Source of the DNA: Geosiphon pyriformis uo1
Taxonomy: Eukaryota; Fungi; Glomeromycota
Length of the DNA: 64,000 bases
Direction of reading: 5' to 3'
NCBI GenBank assembly: GCA_016748015.1
Contig: JAAOMT010000420.1
Span: 124,001-188,000, forward strand
In this document: positions 1 through 11,802 of the stretch, piece after piece
Layout of the letters: each line of letters starts with the position of its first letter
Position numbering within the stretch: the stretch's first letter is position 1
Position numbers and translations under genes: made by a program
The notes under the pieces: generated by a model
What the model was told of the DNA's origin: nothing
Seen by the model: only the letters and a program-made list of their open reading frames with translations
Database searches by the model: none

Positions 1-3000
1 TAGCATGGTAATGATATTTCTTACATATCTCATGTCAATTATTCCTCCTCTTATATTTATCCCTCTTTTCACTAGACTACTCCTAAATGCTAATTGAACC
101 ATTGTTGTTGCCAAAATTTTCAGTGCTATTTTCAAATCAATGCAGGTGCATAAATGTGGTTCCAATTTGATGGCATCTTTTCCTAGATACCTCAGATCAA
201 ACCTGGCATTGGTATTATGTGCACATTCTGGTATAATACTTTCATTATTATCATTGAACCATTTAAGTTCCTGTTCCTTAGTGAGGTCAGGAAGTGCAAT
301 ATATTGTTCATAGTTTGGATCGGGGTTTAAATCTGAGTTGGAATTGTTGTTATTGTTTTCGCCATATTGAACGGAACTGGAACCAGTGTTTTTGTTGTCA
401 TTGTTGTTGAAGTTTGAATTGAGATTGAATGGTGATTCCAATTCCAATGCGCAGCTGCTGATTGGTTCTTCCTTTTCTGGGATTGTGTAGATCATGCGTG
501 GTGGTAGATTGTAGATGAGGTCACACTTATTACAATACTCAAAGTCACTGGGGATTAAATAATGGCAACACAGTCTTGTATTTAATTGTTCTAGTTATTG
601 CTCTTGCTTTTTTCTAGTAAGAGCTAATTCTCGGTAGTGTTTGTGAAATTGTTCTGGATCTAGAAGATTTATGACTGGTTCTGGGTCCCAATCAAGTTCT
701 ATGGGTTCTGGTGAGTTGTTTTTAACTGTCCTGATTTCTTCTGGCAACACGCCTTTGATTTTGGCAAGTGTCATTTGCCATATTTTGTCGTCATTGTGTG
801 GACAACTGTCCAATCAATATACAGTTCTTTTCCAAGTGGCTTTAATTGGTGTCCCTTTCCTAATCCAGTCACTAATGAGAATTGTGTATTGGCATGATTC
901 ATCACACATTTTCCCTCTTTCAGGAATGTCATTCCACATTCTTTCGTTGAGAAGAGTTTCTCCACAAGCTAAACATGGTGTATTATCCCATTTTTCCACT
1001 CGTTTTGGTCTTCCAAAGTGTTCAACAAGGCATGTGTGGCAATAGAACTTAGTTGCCATCTGGTATTCCTTATCGTCACTACAGCATGCTCCCATTAATG
1101 ACAATTTCTTACCACAATCAATGCATATTAGCTTTAAATGACAATAGATAGATTGTTGTGGTATAGTGTAGGCATAGGAGTTATGAATGATAGTGGTTAC
1201 TTCTTCTTCCTTTTTCCTTTGTGTTTTCTTCCTCCCATACCCAGCTTGTTGTTGGTTTGCTTTCATCATGGTTGGTCCAGGTCAGATTGTCTGTCTCCCA
1301 GGTAGGTTCTTCTTTTTGTTTACCCTTTCTATTGTCATCCTATAAGAGTATTGGCGGCAGCTTGTTGTGTTCTTTGTTGGCCCATAAGACTTAATACACT
1401 TTCCAGGTAGGTTTTGGTTTTTTTTTTTCGAAGTCAATTAGTGGTACTGTGGTGTTAGTAGCCTTGAAGTAACCACACATTGCTAGTACTCACATGTGTT
1501 GACCATTTTGGTTCAGCTGAAGTTCTTGCATGTTCTAATCTAGTGTTGTATTAGTCTTGGACAGCCAGTCATTCCCAATAAGTGTTTAGTATTGAGTGGC
1601 TTTTATCACCAGAACTTTGATGGATACTACAATGCCATTGACTTTAATTGGGAAGTCATTGGTCTTTCCAATGGGTGTTTTGGTCATTCCATTAGCTGTA
1701 ATAATCCTGGCACTAGCAGCGCGATCAACTCAGCAACCTAATTGATCCATGAGTTGTCGTGTGATGATGCTGCCTGCTAAACCACTGTTAAGAATTAATT
1801 TGATGGAGTGGCTATCAACCTTGGCATCTGTATACAGACAGTGATCGGTTTCTCTTCAAGTACAGTTCCACTGAATAATGGCACATCTGACAGTTTTTCG
1901 AGTTCGAATGGAAAAATGGCATCTAAAGATTCATTTTCAGTGATTGTAGCAGATGGAATATTATTGGTAAGTGGTTGTTGTTGTTTGATTTCCGGATTGC
2001 TAAATGTGGTGTCTTCTGGAGTCACTAGAAGGCTTAAATAGTGTTGGGAATTTGGGTTTTGGGTGAAACTGGTGCCTGAATTCCACTGACAAGATCTTGA
2101 TTGTTGGTGGGAAGAGCTGAGGATTAGTTGATATACAACTATCGCTGATCTCCAGTTTTGGGTGATCCTCAATCTTGGGTTTCCTGATGTCATTTAAGCT
2201 GGGTTTGCTGGTGGTGTTTGAATGATGAGTGTTTGATAGATTGCTGGTCGCTGTGGTTGATATATTACTTGTGGCTCCACCTGATAAATTACTTGTGACA
2301 GCAGTTGATAAACTAGAGTTTGATAAACTGGCAGTTGATAAATTGGTTGGTGCATCATAAGCAGATAAGTGGGTTGGTATTGGTCTTGATTCAGATAATG
2401 GTTTGGAGTTTGGAACTGGCGATTGGGGTTTCTATATTGATTTTCTAATCGTAGATTGCTATAAGTATGGCAGTTGGCTCTGATGTGCCCTTGTTTACCA
2501 CAGTTGTGGCAGATGCACGTTTCTGGCTGTTACGACTAATTGGATGATGACAATAGACATGACTGATTTTGGAAATAATTCGCGTTTCCCTGATTGTTAT
2601 GCCATTGAGGAGGTTGATAAATCATGTGATTGTCAGCTAAGTATCTCTCTAATTTCTGATTAATTAAATCACTGAATTGCTTCAATTTGGAATCCAATTC
2701 AGATAATCTATTCATTGCTAGATTCACAGCTTGGGCGTAATTAGCTTCTAGTTCAGCTGCTTCAAAATCTTTGGCATATGTGACTGTGGTTGAAAGGTCT
2801 ACTGAGTGCATTGGATGTATTCGTTGTAGGATGCTACTGTGCAATCTTCTAATAAATTGATTTAAAATCTGTGGTGCTGTAAAATAATTGGCTTGAATGG
2901 CTTGTATTTGGCATAAATTTCTATAGAAGCATTCTAAGTAAGTAGTAACTGCTTCAGTGTCTCCTTGTCTGATTGTTGTAAAGGTGTTGGCTAATTTGTT

Positions 3001-4245
3001 GATATTATTATTGTTGCTAAAGTACCACAAGAATTCAGTTTTGAATCCATTAAAATTTTGGGATTTAACAGTGAGACTTTGATATCATGCATTAGCGGTA
3101 TCCTGGAGAAAGTAAGAGATCGCTTGCATTGTTCTAGCATTATCCCAATTATTGGCTGTAATGGTTTTGGCCATGTTATTTAACCAGACTTAGGCATCAT
3201 CTTCTTCACCATTGAATTTGTCAAGTTTTGTGATGAGTACGTAAGCCATTTGTTGTTGCTGTGGTGGTAAAAGTTGTTGTTATTGTTGGGGCAGTACTAG
3301 TGGTGGTTGTTGATTTTATTGGTTCAGTGGTTGAATGGGCTGGCCAATTGGTTCAATGGGTGGTTGATTGATGATGATAACTGGAGGTAAGTGTTGATTA
3401 ATTACTTTGAAATTTGGATTGTTCTGATTTGGTGGGGTTTGAATATTCAGAGTGTTATTTTCTGAATTGTCTAAATTGGGCTGGGTTTGAAAGTTTGGGG
3501 TTTCAATTTTCGGGTTTTCTAGGATCAGGTTTTGGTAAGTAAATTCTTGATCCTCAGATTCTTCTTCCTCTTCTATTTCTTGTTTTCCTTTTGATTCAGT
3601 AATTTCCCAAAAACTCACAATTCTGAAATTTGGATGAGATGGTGGTGATCAAAATCCTGATGGTGTTGGCGATCGAGATTTAAATCTTTCAAAATACTCG
3701 CCATATGGTCCTAGTAGATCCTTTTTCCTTTGTTTACTTTGGAATAAGAAACATCCAAATGCTGATGTCACATTTAATGTGGATGCATCTGTTGATGATA
3801 TATTGATAGCACTTCCAAAGGTATAGTGCTAAGATGGGTTGTTTGGGAACTCAACTCTAGTTTTCTTCCAAATAGGTGGTTGTATCCTTTGAGGTGTTAC
3901 TGCTAGTGTTTGTAGTTTTCCTTTGCCTTTACTTGTGTAAGTAATTGGATATCTTTGCTGTATGTGGTGTTTAATTTCTTTGTTGATCTCAGTAATGATA
4001 GATGCAAAATTATGATTTGTGAGTAGGCTGGTGTTTTGATTTAATTTGTTGTAAAAAGTTTCTCTTACTGATTCAATATTCATGGATGTTTCTAATAGAT
4101 AGGCAATTTTTTTGTTGACATAGAAATTGAAAGCTGATTCTGCTGATATGTGATTATGAGTTAATCCCAAATGTTGACAGTAATGTTGAAATAAGGATTT
4201 CACAAATCTTAGATGGTTTGCTCCAATGTTTTCTGATTTTGCCAC
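1..4245 (-). pseudogene. Element A gag-pol (partial): Gag, CCHC knuckle, aspartic protease, Zn-finger region, N-terminal part of dUTPase
   Basis: ORF fragments 3829-4305, 2536-3030, 1795-2193, 814-1269 and 595-813 are colinear with element B, with many stop codons. Confidence 0.9.
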
Positions 4246-4287
4246 TTTTGGATGGGGTTGTTGGTGCTGGTTCTCTGTAGGATTATA

Positions 4288-4304
4288 TCTTACAGAGAGC
4301 ACCA
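4288..4304 (-). promoter_or_regulatory. Primer-binding site of A
   Basis: Reverse complement begins TGGTGCTCTCTGTAAG, 2 nt inside the LTR. Confidence 0.8.
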
Positions 4305-4306
4305 AA

Positions 4307-4571
4307 TATTACAGGTGACTATTTTTGGTGTTGGATTAAATAACAAACCTGTAACTTGGTACTAAAAGTTATTTGCATTGATGTTATTAATCTGAAGGTT
4401 TTGATTTGAGTTTTTTGTATAATAAACAGAAATTCAATAGTGGTTTTATCCATAGCTTCCCAGAATTGCAATTCTGTCAATTTTTTTTTTGGTGTAATGG
4501 CCAGCAATTCTCTGGTAAGTATTCTGTATCTTCTGTACATGTCCTACTCTCTCGCAGAGGTCTTTTACCAG
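4307..4571 (-). repeat. 5' LTR of A, U5 part (interrupted by B)
   Basis: Homologous to the reverse complement of the 3' end of the B LTR. Confidence 0.9.
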
Positions 4572-5458
4572 TGTTACTCATAGAAATATAGAAAATATAT
4601 TAGCATAATTATTAGCCAATCAGAAGTAAGCATAGTAAATGTGGAATTCCAGGATTCCTCTCAGGAATTGCAGGATTCCAGGAATTTCAGGATTCCCGAC
4701 GAGGAATTGCAGGATTCCAGGATTTCAGGATTTCTCTCAAAGGAATCGCAGAATTCCAGAAATTCTAGGATTTCTGTTGTGAAGAATCGAGGAATTGAGG
4801 AATCTCAATTATGTATATATAGCAGTAGTGTTAGAAACAGAAAAGACAGAATTGATACCACAGAATCCTTAGCCTAGAAAACACAATCATCAAATAAATA
4901 ATTATTTCATATCTCAACTCACTCTCCACTATCAACACTTCATGTTGATAATAATTGATACTTAACCATGCTGGAACAATAGCTCTTGATCATGGCTATT
5001 GACGGAATACTAATCTGCAAAATTGCCTTGGCTTATTTCTTTCTTTCTTTATTTTTCTTTTATTTCTTGTTCTTTATTTTATTTTGATTTGTTGTTGTAT
5101 ATTAACTGATTAAAAGGATTAAGTGCTGAGTTATTGATGTCAAGGATAGCCTGGTAAAAGACTCAGAAATAAGGGTAGAATTTTATATATTATCGGATAG
5201 CTTACCAGAAGGGCACGACTGTCAGACTAAATCCGGCCACCATGCTGAGAAAGAAATTGGGAAAACTCTTGAAAAGATACATCTATTATCGACACTATTG
5301 AATCTCTGTCCATTATACAAAGGACTCAACCAAAACCTTTAAACCCATCAAAACCTTCAGATACAACACTTACAGAACATCATTAACAGAAATAGCTTTT
5401 GAGCACCAAGTTATGGGTTTGTTATTTAATTCAACCACAGAAATAATCATCTGTAACA
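4572..5458 (+). repeat. 5' LTR of B
   Basis: Direct repeat of 13884-14770. Confidence 0.97.
4614..4822 (+). promoter_or_regulatory. Putative U3 promoter: CCAAT box (AGCCAATCAG), GGAATTCCA/GGATTCCA repeat array, TATA-like box
   Basis: Same motifs in the same order in every family-1 LTR that retains this region; function inferred. Confidence 0.6.
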
Positions 5459-5460
5459 TT

Positions 5461-5477
5461 TGGTGCTCCCTGTGAAG
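5461..5477 (+). promoter_or_regulatory. Primer-binding site of B
   Basis: TGGTGCTCCCTGTGAAG, complementary to a tRNA 3' end (...GGGAGCACCA). Confidence 0.85.
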
Positions 5478-5520
5478 TATAATCCTACAGAGAACCAGCA
5501 CTGACAACACCAAACCAAAA

Positions 5521-8500
5521 GTGACAGAATCAGAAACTATAGGAGCAAACCATTTAAGATTCGCAAAATCTTTATTTCAACACTATTGTCAATACTTGAG
5601 ATTAAACCACAATCATATATCCGCCAAATCAGCCTTCAATTTCTACATCAACGAAAAGATTTCTTCTTTATTAGAAACACCAGTGAATATTGAATCAGCA
5701 AGGGAAACTTTCTATAGGGAATTAATTCAAAATACCAACCTGCCAACAAATCATAATTTTGCATCCATCATCATTGAGATCAACAAAGAAATTGAACATC
5801 ACACTCAACAAAGATATCCAATTACATATGCTAGTAAAGACAAGGGAAAATTACAAACACCAGCAGTAACACCCAGAAAGATACAGCCACCTGCTTGGAA
5901 AAAAAACAGAGTTGAATTCCCAAGCAACCCATCCTACCACTATACACCTGGAAGTGCCATTAACATATTATTAACAGACATGTTCACATCAACTGCGACA
6001 TTAGCATTTGGACAATTCCCATTCCAAAGTAGACAAAAGAAAACAGAATTGTTAGGACCATATGGCGAGTACTTTGAGGGATTTAATTCGTGATCATTAA
6101 CACCATCAGAACTTCAATCACCACCACCTCCACCAGATTTCAGAATCTCTGATCCATGGGAAGCAGCGGAATCAGAAAAAAAGGAAGAAGAATCAGAGAA
6201 TCAAGAATTCACTTATCAGCACCCGATCACTGAAAACCCAGAAGTTGAAACACCGAACCTTCAAACTCAGCAACAGTTAGAAAATCCGGAAATCAAAACC
6301 CTGAATATTCGAACGCTGCCAAATCAAAGAAATCAAAAACCCGAATTAATTTATCAGCAAAACTTACCTCCAGTAATTGTCATCAATCAACCGCCAATTA
6401 ATCCCTTAGCCGAACCCATACAGCAGTCACTTTAGCTACCACCCCAACAGCCAGAACAACAACAACTGCTTCAACAGCCACCACAACCACCTAACTTAAA
6501 TCCAATGGCCTATGCACCAATTGCAAAACTCGACAACTTTACTGGCGAAGAAGATAACACTCAAATATGGCTGAATGATGTAAAAAAAGCCATTGCAGCC
6601 AACAGATGGAATGACACATGAGCAATGCAAGCCATTCCCTACTTTCTCAAGAATACTGCCAATTCATGGTACCAGAGCTTGATTAATAAACCACAAGATT
6701 TCAATGCCTTCAAAGCAGAATTTCTGAGATACTTCAGCAACAATAATAGTATCAATCGCCTAGTTAATGCATTCACCACCATAAAACAAGGAGAAACTAA
6801 AGCAGTTACCACTTACCTGGGATGCTTCCATCAAAACCTATGCCAAATTCAAGCAATTGACACCAATTATTTCACAGCACCACAGATACTCAATCAGTTT
6901 ATCTGTGGCCTGCACAGCAGCATCTTGCAACATGTACGTCCATTGCATCTTGGCATACTTCAAGATGCAGTCACACGTGCCAGAGATTTTGAATCTGCCG
7001 AGTCAGAGGCTAACCATGTCCAAGCCATTAATCTAGTCATAAATGAATCATCTGAATTGGATTCCAAATTGGAGAAATTCAGTGAATCAATTAATAAGAG
7101 ATTGGAAGGATACTTAGCTGACAATTACATCATTTATTAGCCTCCACAATGACACAATAATCAAGGAAACTCTAATCGTGGCCAAAATCAACCACGCCCA
7201 TCTTCATCAACCAATCAACAGTGGCAACAGGAAACGTGTATCTGCCACTATTGTGGAAAACAAGAACATATCCAAATTGATTGTTGTCAGTGTCTAAATA
7301 ATCAACGATCAGGAAATCAATATTGAAACCCTGATTGCCAGTTTCAAACTCTGAATCATTATCCAAATCAGATTCAAGACCAATATTGAAATAATTACCT
7401 GCCCATGACACAGCAACCAATCTATCACCTGCCAGTATATCAACCTCCAATTCATCAGCCGCAGCCACAAGTAATATATCAACCGCAGCCACAAATTATC
7501 TATCAACCCCAACCAATTCAAACACCAACCCAGAACTCAGCTCAAATGACATTAGGCAACCCTTGATCCAGAGTCACTCAAAACTGGAGATCAGCAATGG
7601 TTGTTCACCAACCAATCCCCAGTTTACTAAACTCACCATCAGGATCACGCACCCGGAAGTTGGATACCAGTCATGTCCAAAACCCAAATTCTCAACATTA
7701 TTTAAGTCTCCTAGTTACCCCAGAAAATGCCATCTCCAACAACACAGAATTCAATCAGCACATACCTACCAACACCATTCCACTGGCAACCATCTCTAGC
7801 AACAAATCCCTAACAGTCATTTTTTCTTTCGAACTTGAAGAAAACACAACAATACCATTATTCAGTGGAGCCACCCTCGAAGAGAAATCCATAACAGCCA
7901 TGTACACAGATGCCAGAGTTGATGATCCCTCCATCAAACTCATTCTAGATAGTGGATCAGCTGGCAGCATAATCACTAGACAACTTATGGATCAATTAGG
8001 TTACCAAGTTGATCGAGCTGTCAGCACCAGAATCATCACAGCCGATGGAGTGACCAAAACTCCAATCAGCAAAATTGATGATTTCCCTTTTGAAGTCAAT
8101 GGTATCATGACTCCCATTAAAGTTCTAGTAATGGAAGCCACTTAATATCAAGCTCTCATTGGTAATGACTGGCTATCCAAAGCCAATGCAACGTTAGACT
8201 AGAACACCCAGGAACTCCAGCTAACGTATCAGGGCCAATACATACGTGTTCCAGCCACATGTGGCCACTTCAAAACTCTTCCAAGAAAGAAACTATTGAT
8301 TGAGCTGGAGGAGAAGAAAAAAAAGCCTACCTGGGAAGCCTACCAAGTATCGTGGGCTGACGAAGAGCACAACAAGCTGCCGCCAATACTCTCCTGGGAT
8401 GACAACTATCAGGAAAAAGGGAAACAAAAGGAAAAACTTACCTGGAAAACCGATGACCTGACATGGACCGACCACGACGAGAGCGAACCGACTTCAAGTT

Positions 8501-11500
8501 GGGAATGGGAAGAAGACAATAAAAATAAAGAGAAGAGAAAAGAAAAAGAGACCACTCAAACCACCACCACTTATAACACCTACACTACATCACAACAATC
8601 TACCTATCGTCGACCCAAGCTTATCTGTGTCGATTGTGGCAAGAAATTGTCATCAATGGGTGCATGCTGTGGGGACAATGAGAAATATTCAATGACAACT
8701 AGGTTCTATTGCCGCCCATATGTCCTTGAACACTTTGGAAGACCAAAATGAGTAGGAAAATGGGACAATCAGCCATGTTTAGCTTGTGGAGAGACTCTTT
8801 TGGATGAAGAAATGTGGCATGACATTCTTGAACATAGAGGAACATGCGATGTATTGTGTCAATACACGATTCTAATAAGTAACTAAGTAAGGAAAAAAAC
8901 CCCAATAGAAGCAGCCTGGAGAAGAGCAGTACAGCAATTGGACAGTTACCCACATAACGACAACAAAATTTGGCAAATGACACTTGCAAAAATTGAAGGG
9001 GTGACACCAGAAGAGATAAAAACGATCAAAGACAACCCCCCAGAACTTTTAGAGCTTGACTGAGATGCAGAACCCATCATAAACCTCTTGGACCCAGAAC
9101 AATTCCATGAACACTATCAAGAATTAGCACCCACAAGGGAAAAACAAGAACAACGGTTAGAGCAGTTGAACACTCGACTATGTCAACACTGCCTAATTCC
9201 CTGTGACTTCTAGTATTGCAATGAGTGTGATCTTATTTACAATCCACCACCACGCATGATCTACACAATCCCGGAAGAGGAAGAACCAATCAGCAGCTGT
9301 GCATTAGAATCAAAATTGCCGATCAATCATGATTCAAACTTCGACAATGACAATGACAACAACAGTTCAAGCTCTGTTCAAAAGGGCAATAACAATAACA
9401 ATGATTCCAACTCAGATACAAACTCCAATGTAAACTATGAACAATACATTGCACTACCAGATCTCTCCAAGGAACAAGAGTTGAAATAGTATAGTGACAA
9501 TGGGGAAGATATTATGCCAGAACGGGCGCATGATACTGATGCAGAGTTTGATCTGAGATATCCAGGAAAAGATGCCATCAAATTGGAACCACATTCACGC
9601 ACCTGCATTAATCTGAAAATAGCACTAGAAATTCCGGCAACAACCATGGTTCAACTAGCATCTAGGAGTAGTTTAGCGAAAAGAGGGATTAATATAAGAG
9701 GAGAAATAATTGACATGGGATATGTAGAAAATATCATCGCTATGCTACAAAATGACTCAGAAAAGACCTATGTAATAGAGCCCAATGAAAAGATAGCACA
9801 GGCAATATTCCTGCCTCTGATTAGAATAGCTCAGTTAGTATCAGTGGGAAAGAGGGAGGAATTAGGAATAATGGTGAGAGGAATACAAAAATTCGGATCC
9901 ACAGGTAGAATAGATGTACCAGTTAACATGGCAGAGGAAGAAATTGTTGGCCAAGGAGAAATTATCTCAACTGGTCAAGCTATTTCTATTCCACCATATA
10001 GCCAGTACATGTTAGCAATAGAAAGGAAGGAAAAGGAACAAGAACAGATGTTTGAAATGGAAGCAACCCTTTGTGAATCGGGAGAGATTGGATTGATCAA
10101 TCTCTACATATCAGCCAAAAGCTATAGCAGCATAAAAATTCTCATCTACAACAATACTGGCAATGTTATCAGCATACCAGAAGGAACTACCATCGGATAT
10201 TTGACCACAGAAATAGAAGACCAACCACCAAACTCCATTCTAGACTTTCCACAACTTTGTGGATATGTTGACATCACATCACAAACAATCTATGGACGAG
10301 ACAAATGTTATTTGCTCCAACCAGAACAATTGGAACAAATGAACATGGGAAACTTAGATCCATTCTAATATATGCAGCTCAAGATGTTACTCAACAATTT
10401 TAATGACATTTTTGCCAGCAAAAATGAGTTTGGCTAAACTGACATCATCCAGCATCAAATCAAGACTGGAGATGCAATGCCAATCAAACAAAGAGCATAC
10501 AGAGTGCCACCAGCCAGCCACGAGATTATTTGTCAAGAGATAAACAGAATGCTTGACAACGGGCTAATTCAACCATCAATGAGTCCATGGTTGTCACTAG
10601 TGGTACTCGTCCATAAGAAAAATAGAAAAATCCAGTTTTGTGTGAACTACAGAAAACTCAATGGTGTAACTCGTGGAGACAGTTATCCAACTCCATAAAT
10701 ACAGGAATTATTCGATGCTTTCGGTGGAAATAAATGGTTCTCCACATTAGATTTGGACAGTGGTTACTGGCAAGTAGCCATGAATTCAGCTGACAAAGAG
10801 AAGACAGTATTTACTACTAGAGAAGAGAATTTCGAATTTGAAGTAATGCCATTCAGCTTAACCAATGTCCCAGTGACTTTCCAACAGCTAATAGAAATTG
10901 TTTATACAGGCTTATTGTGGAAATCAGTAGTTGTATACTTGGATGACACCAATGTATTCTCAAAGACATTTAATGATCATCTTCATTATCTTCAACAAAT
11001 GTTCGAAAGACTAAGAAGAGCAGGACTGAAGCTAAATGCGACAAAGTGCTTCTTTGGCAAGATGGAACTCAAATTCTTGGAACACATAGTTAGCAAAGAC
11101 GGCATCAAAATGGATCCAGAGAAAATAGAGATAATAAAGAACTTTCCAGTACCAACCAATATAACAGAACTGAAATCATTCTTGGGATTTGCCAGCTACT
11201 ATTGTCATTTTATCAAGAACTTTTCCAAGATAGCGCAGCCACTTAATCAACTACAAAACAAAAATGTGAAATATGAATGGACAGAAAGTCAACAAAAAGC
11301 TTTTAATATTCTGAGGAAAAAGCTTATCCAAGCTCCAGTGCTGATCTATCCAGATTACAGCAAACTATTTATCATCACCATTGATGCATCCGGCCAAGCA
11401 TTGGGAGCAGTATTATCTCAGAGAGGACCAGATGGCAGAGAACATCCAGTAGCATATGCCAGCAGAGGTTTAACACCAGCTGAAAAGAACTATAGAACAC

Positions 11501-11739
11501 TGGAACAAGAACACTTAGCAATATACTGGGCCGTCATGAAATGGAAAGAATACTTGAACCAGAAGTTTGAAGTATACACAGATTACAAGGGATTGACATC
11601 ACTCCAAAAACAAGAATTTGGAGATAGAAAACAGTCAAGATGAAAAATGGCACTCGCACCATACAATTATACTATACATTACAAAAAAGGAAAAAACAAT
11701 GGAAATGCTGATGGTTTATCACGAATAAGACAAATCTAA
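5521..11739 (+). pseudogene. Element B single-frame gag-pol: N-terminal extension, capsid (ATG 6505), CCHC (~7240), protease (DSG 7948), Zn-finger region (~8620-9235), dUTPase (9514-9906), dUTPase-like relic, RT (YLDD 10936), RNase H
   Basis: Track ORFs starting at 5521, 6625, 7597, 8296, 9256, 9514, 10477 and 10753 share one frame, broken mostly by CAA/CGA/TGG-type stops; ends ADGLSRIRQI*. Confidence 0.93.
9514..9906 (+). pseudogene. Trimeric-type dUTPase domain within pol of B
   Basis: Motifs (A)GFDL, ASRSS, GIIDxGYxG, EKIAQ and RGxxGFGSTG are recoverable across copies A-E. Confidence 0.93.
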
Positions 11740-11802
11740 GAACATTTCAACCCAAAAATATAATAAAACCAGAACAATACCAATGGAAAAATACAACAAA
11801 AA

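Noticed and set aside
671-1045. Many 60-160 aa antisense or alternate-frame ORFs (e.g. 671-1045, 22491-22883, 46037-46465, 59033-59377)
   Set aside because: They are shadows of gag/pol or LINE coding strands with inconsistent starts and stops between copies.
4643-4805. CRISPR-like or bacterial repeat array
   Set aside because: Units are 8-9 nt with no unique spacers, no cas genes are present, and the array lies inside eukaryotic LTRs.
4641-4877. Short ORFs with EFQDS-like repeats (also 16741-16998 and 63705-63934)
   Set aside because: These are translations of the U3 minisatellite in LTRs, and the frame is not conserved.
9514-9906. dUTPase as a counter-defence to the C>T hypermutation
   Set aside because: dUTPase lowers the dUTP pool and does not prevent deamination of cytosine or 5mC in integrated DNA; LINEs without it decay the same way.
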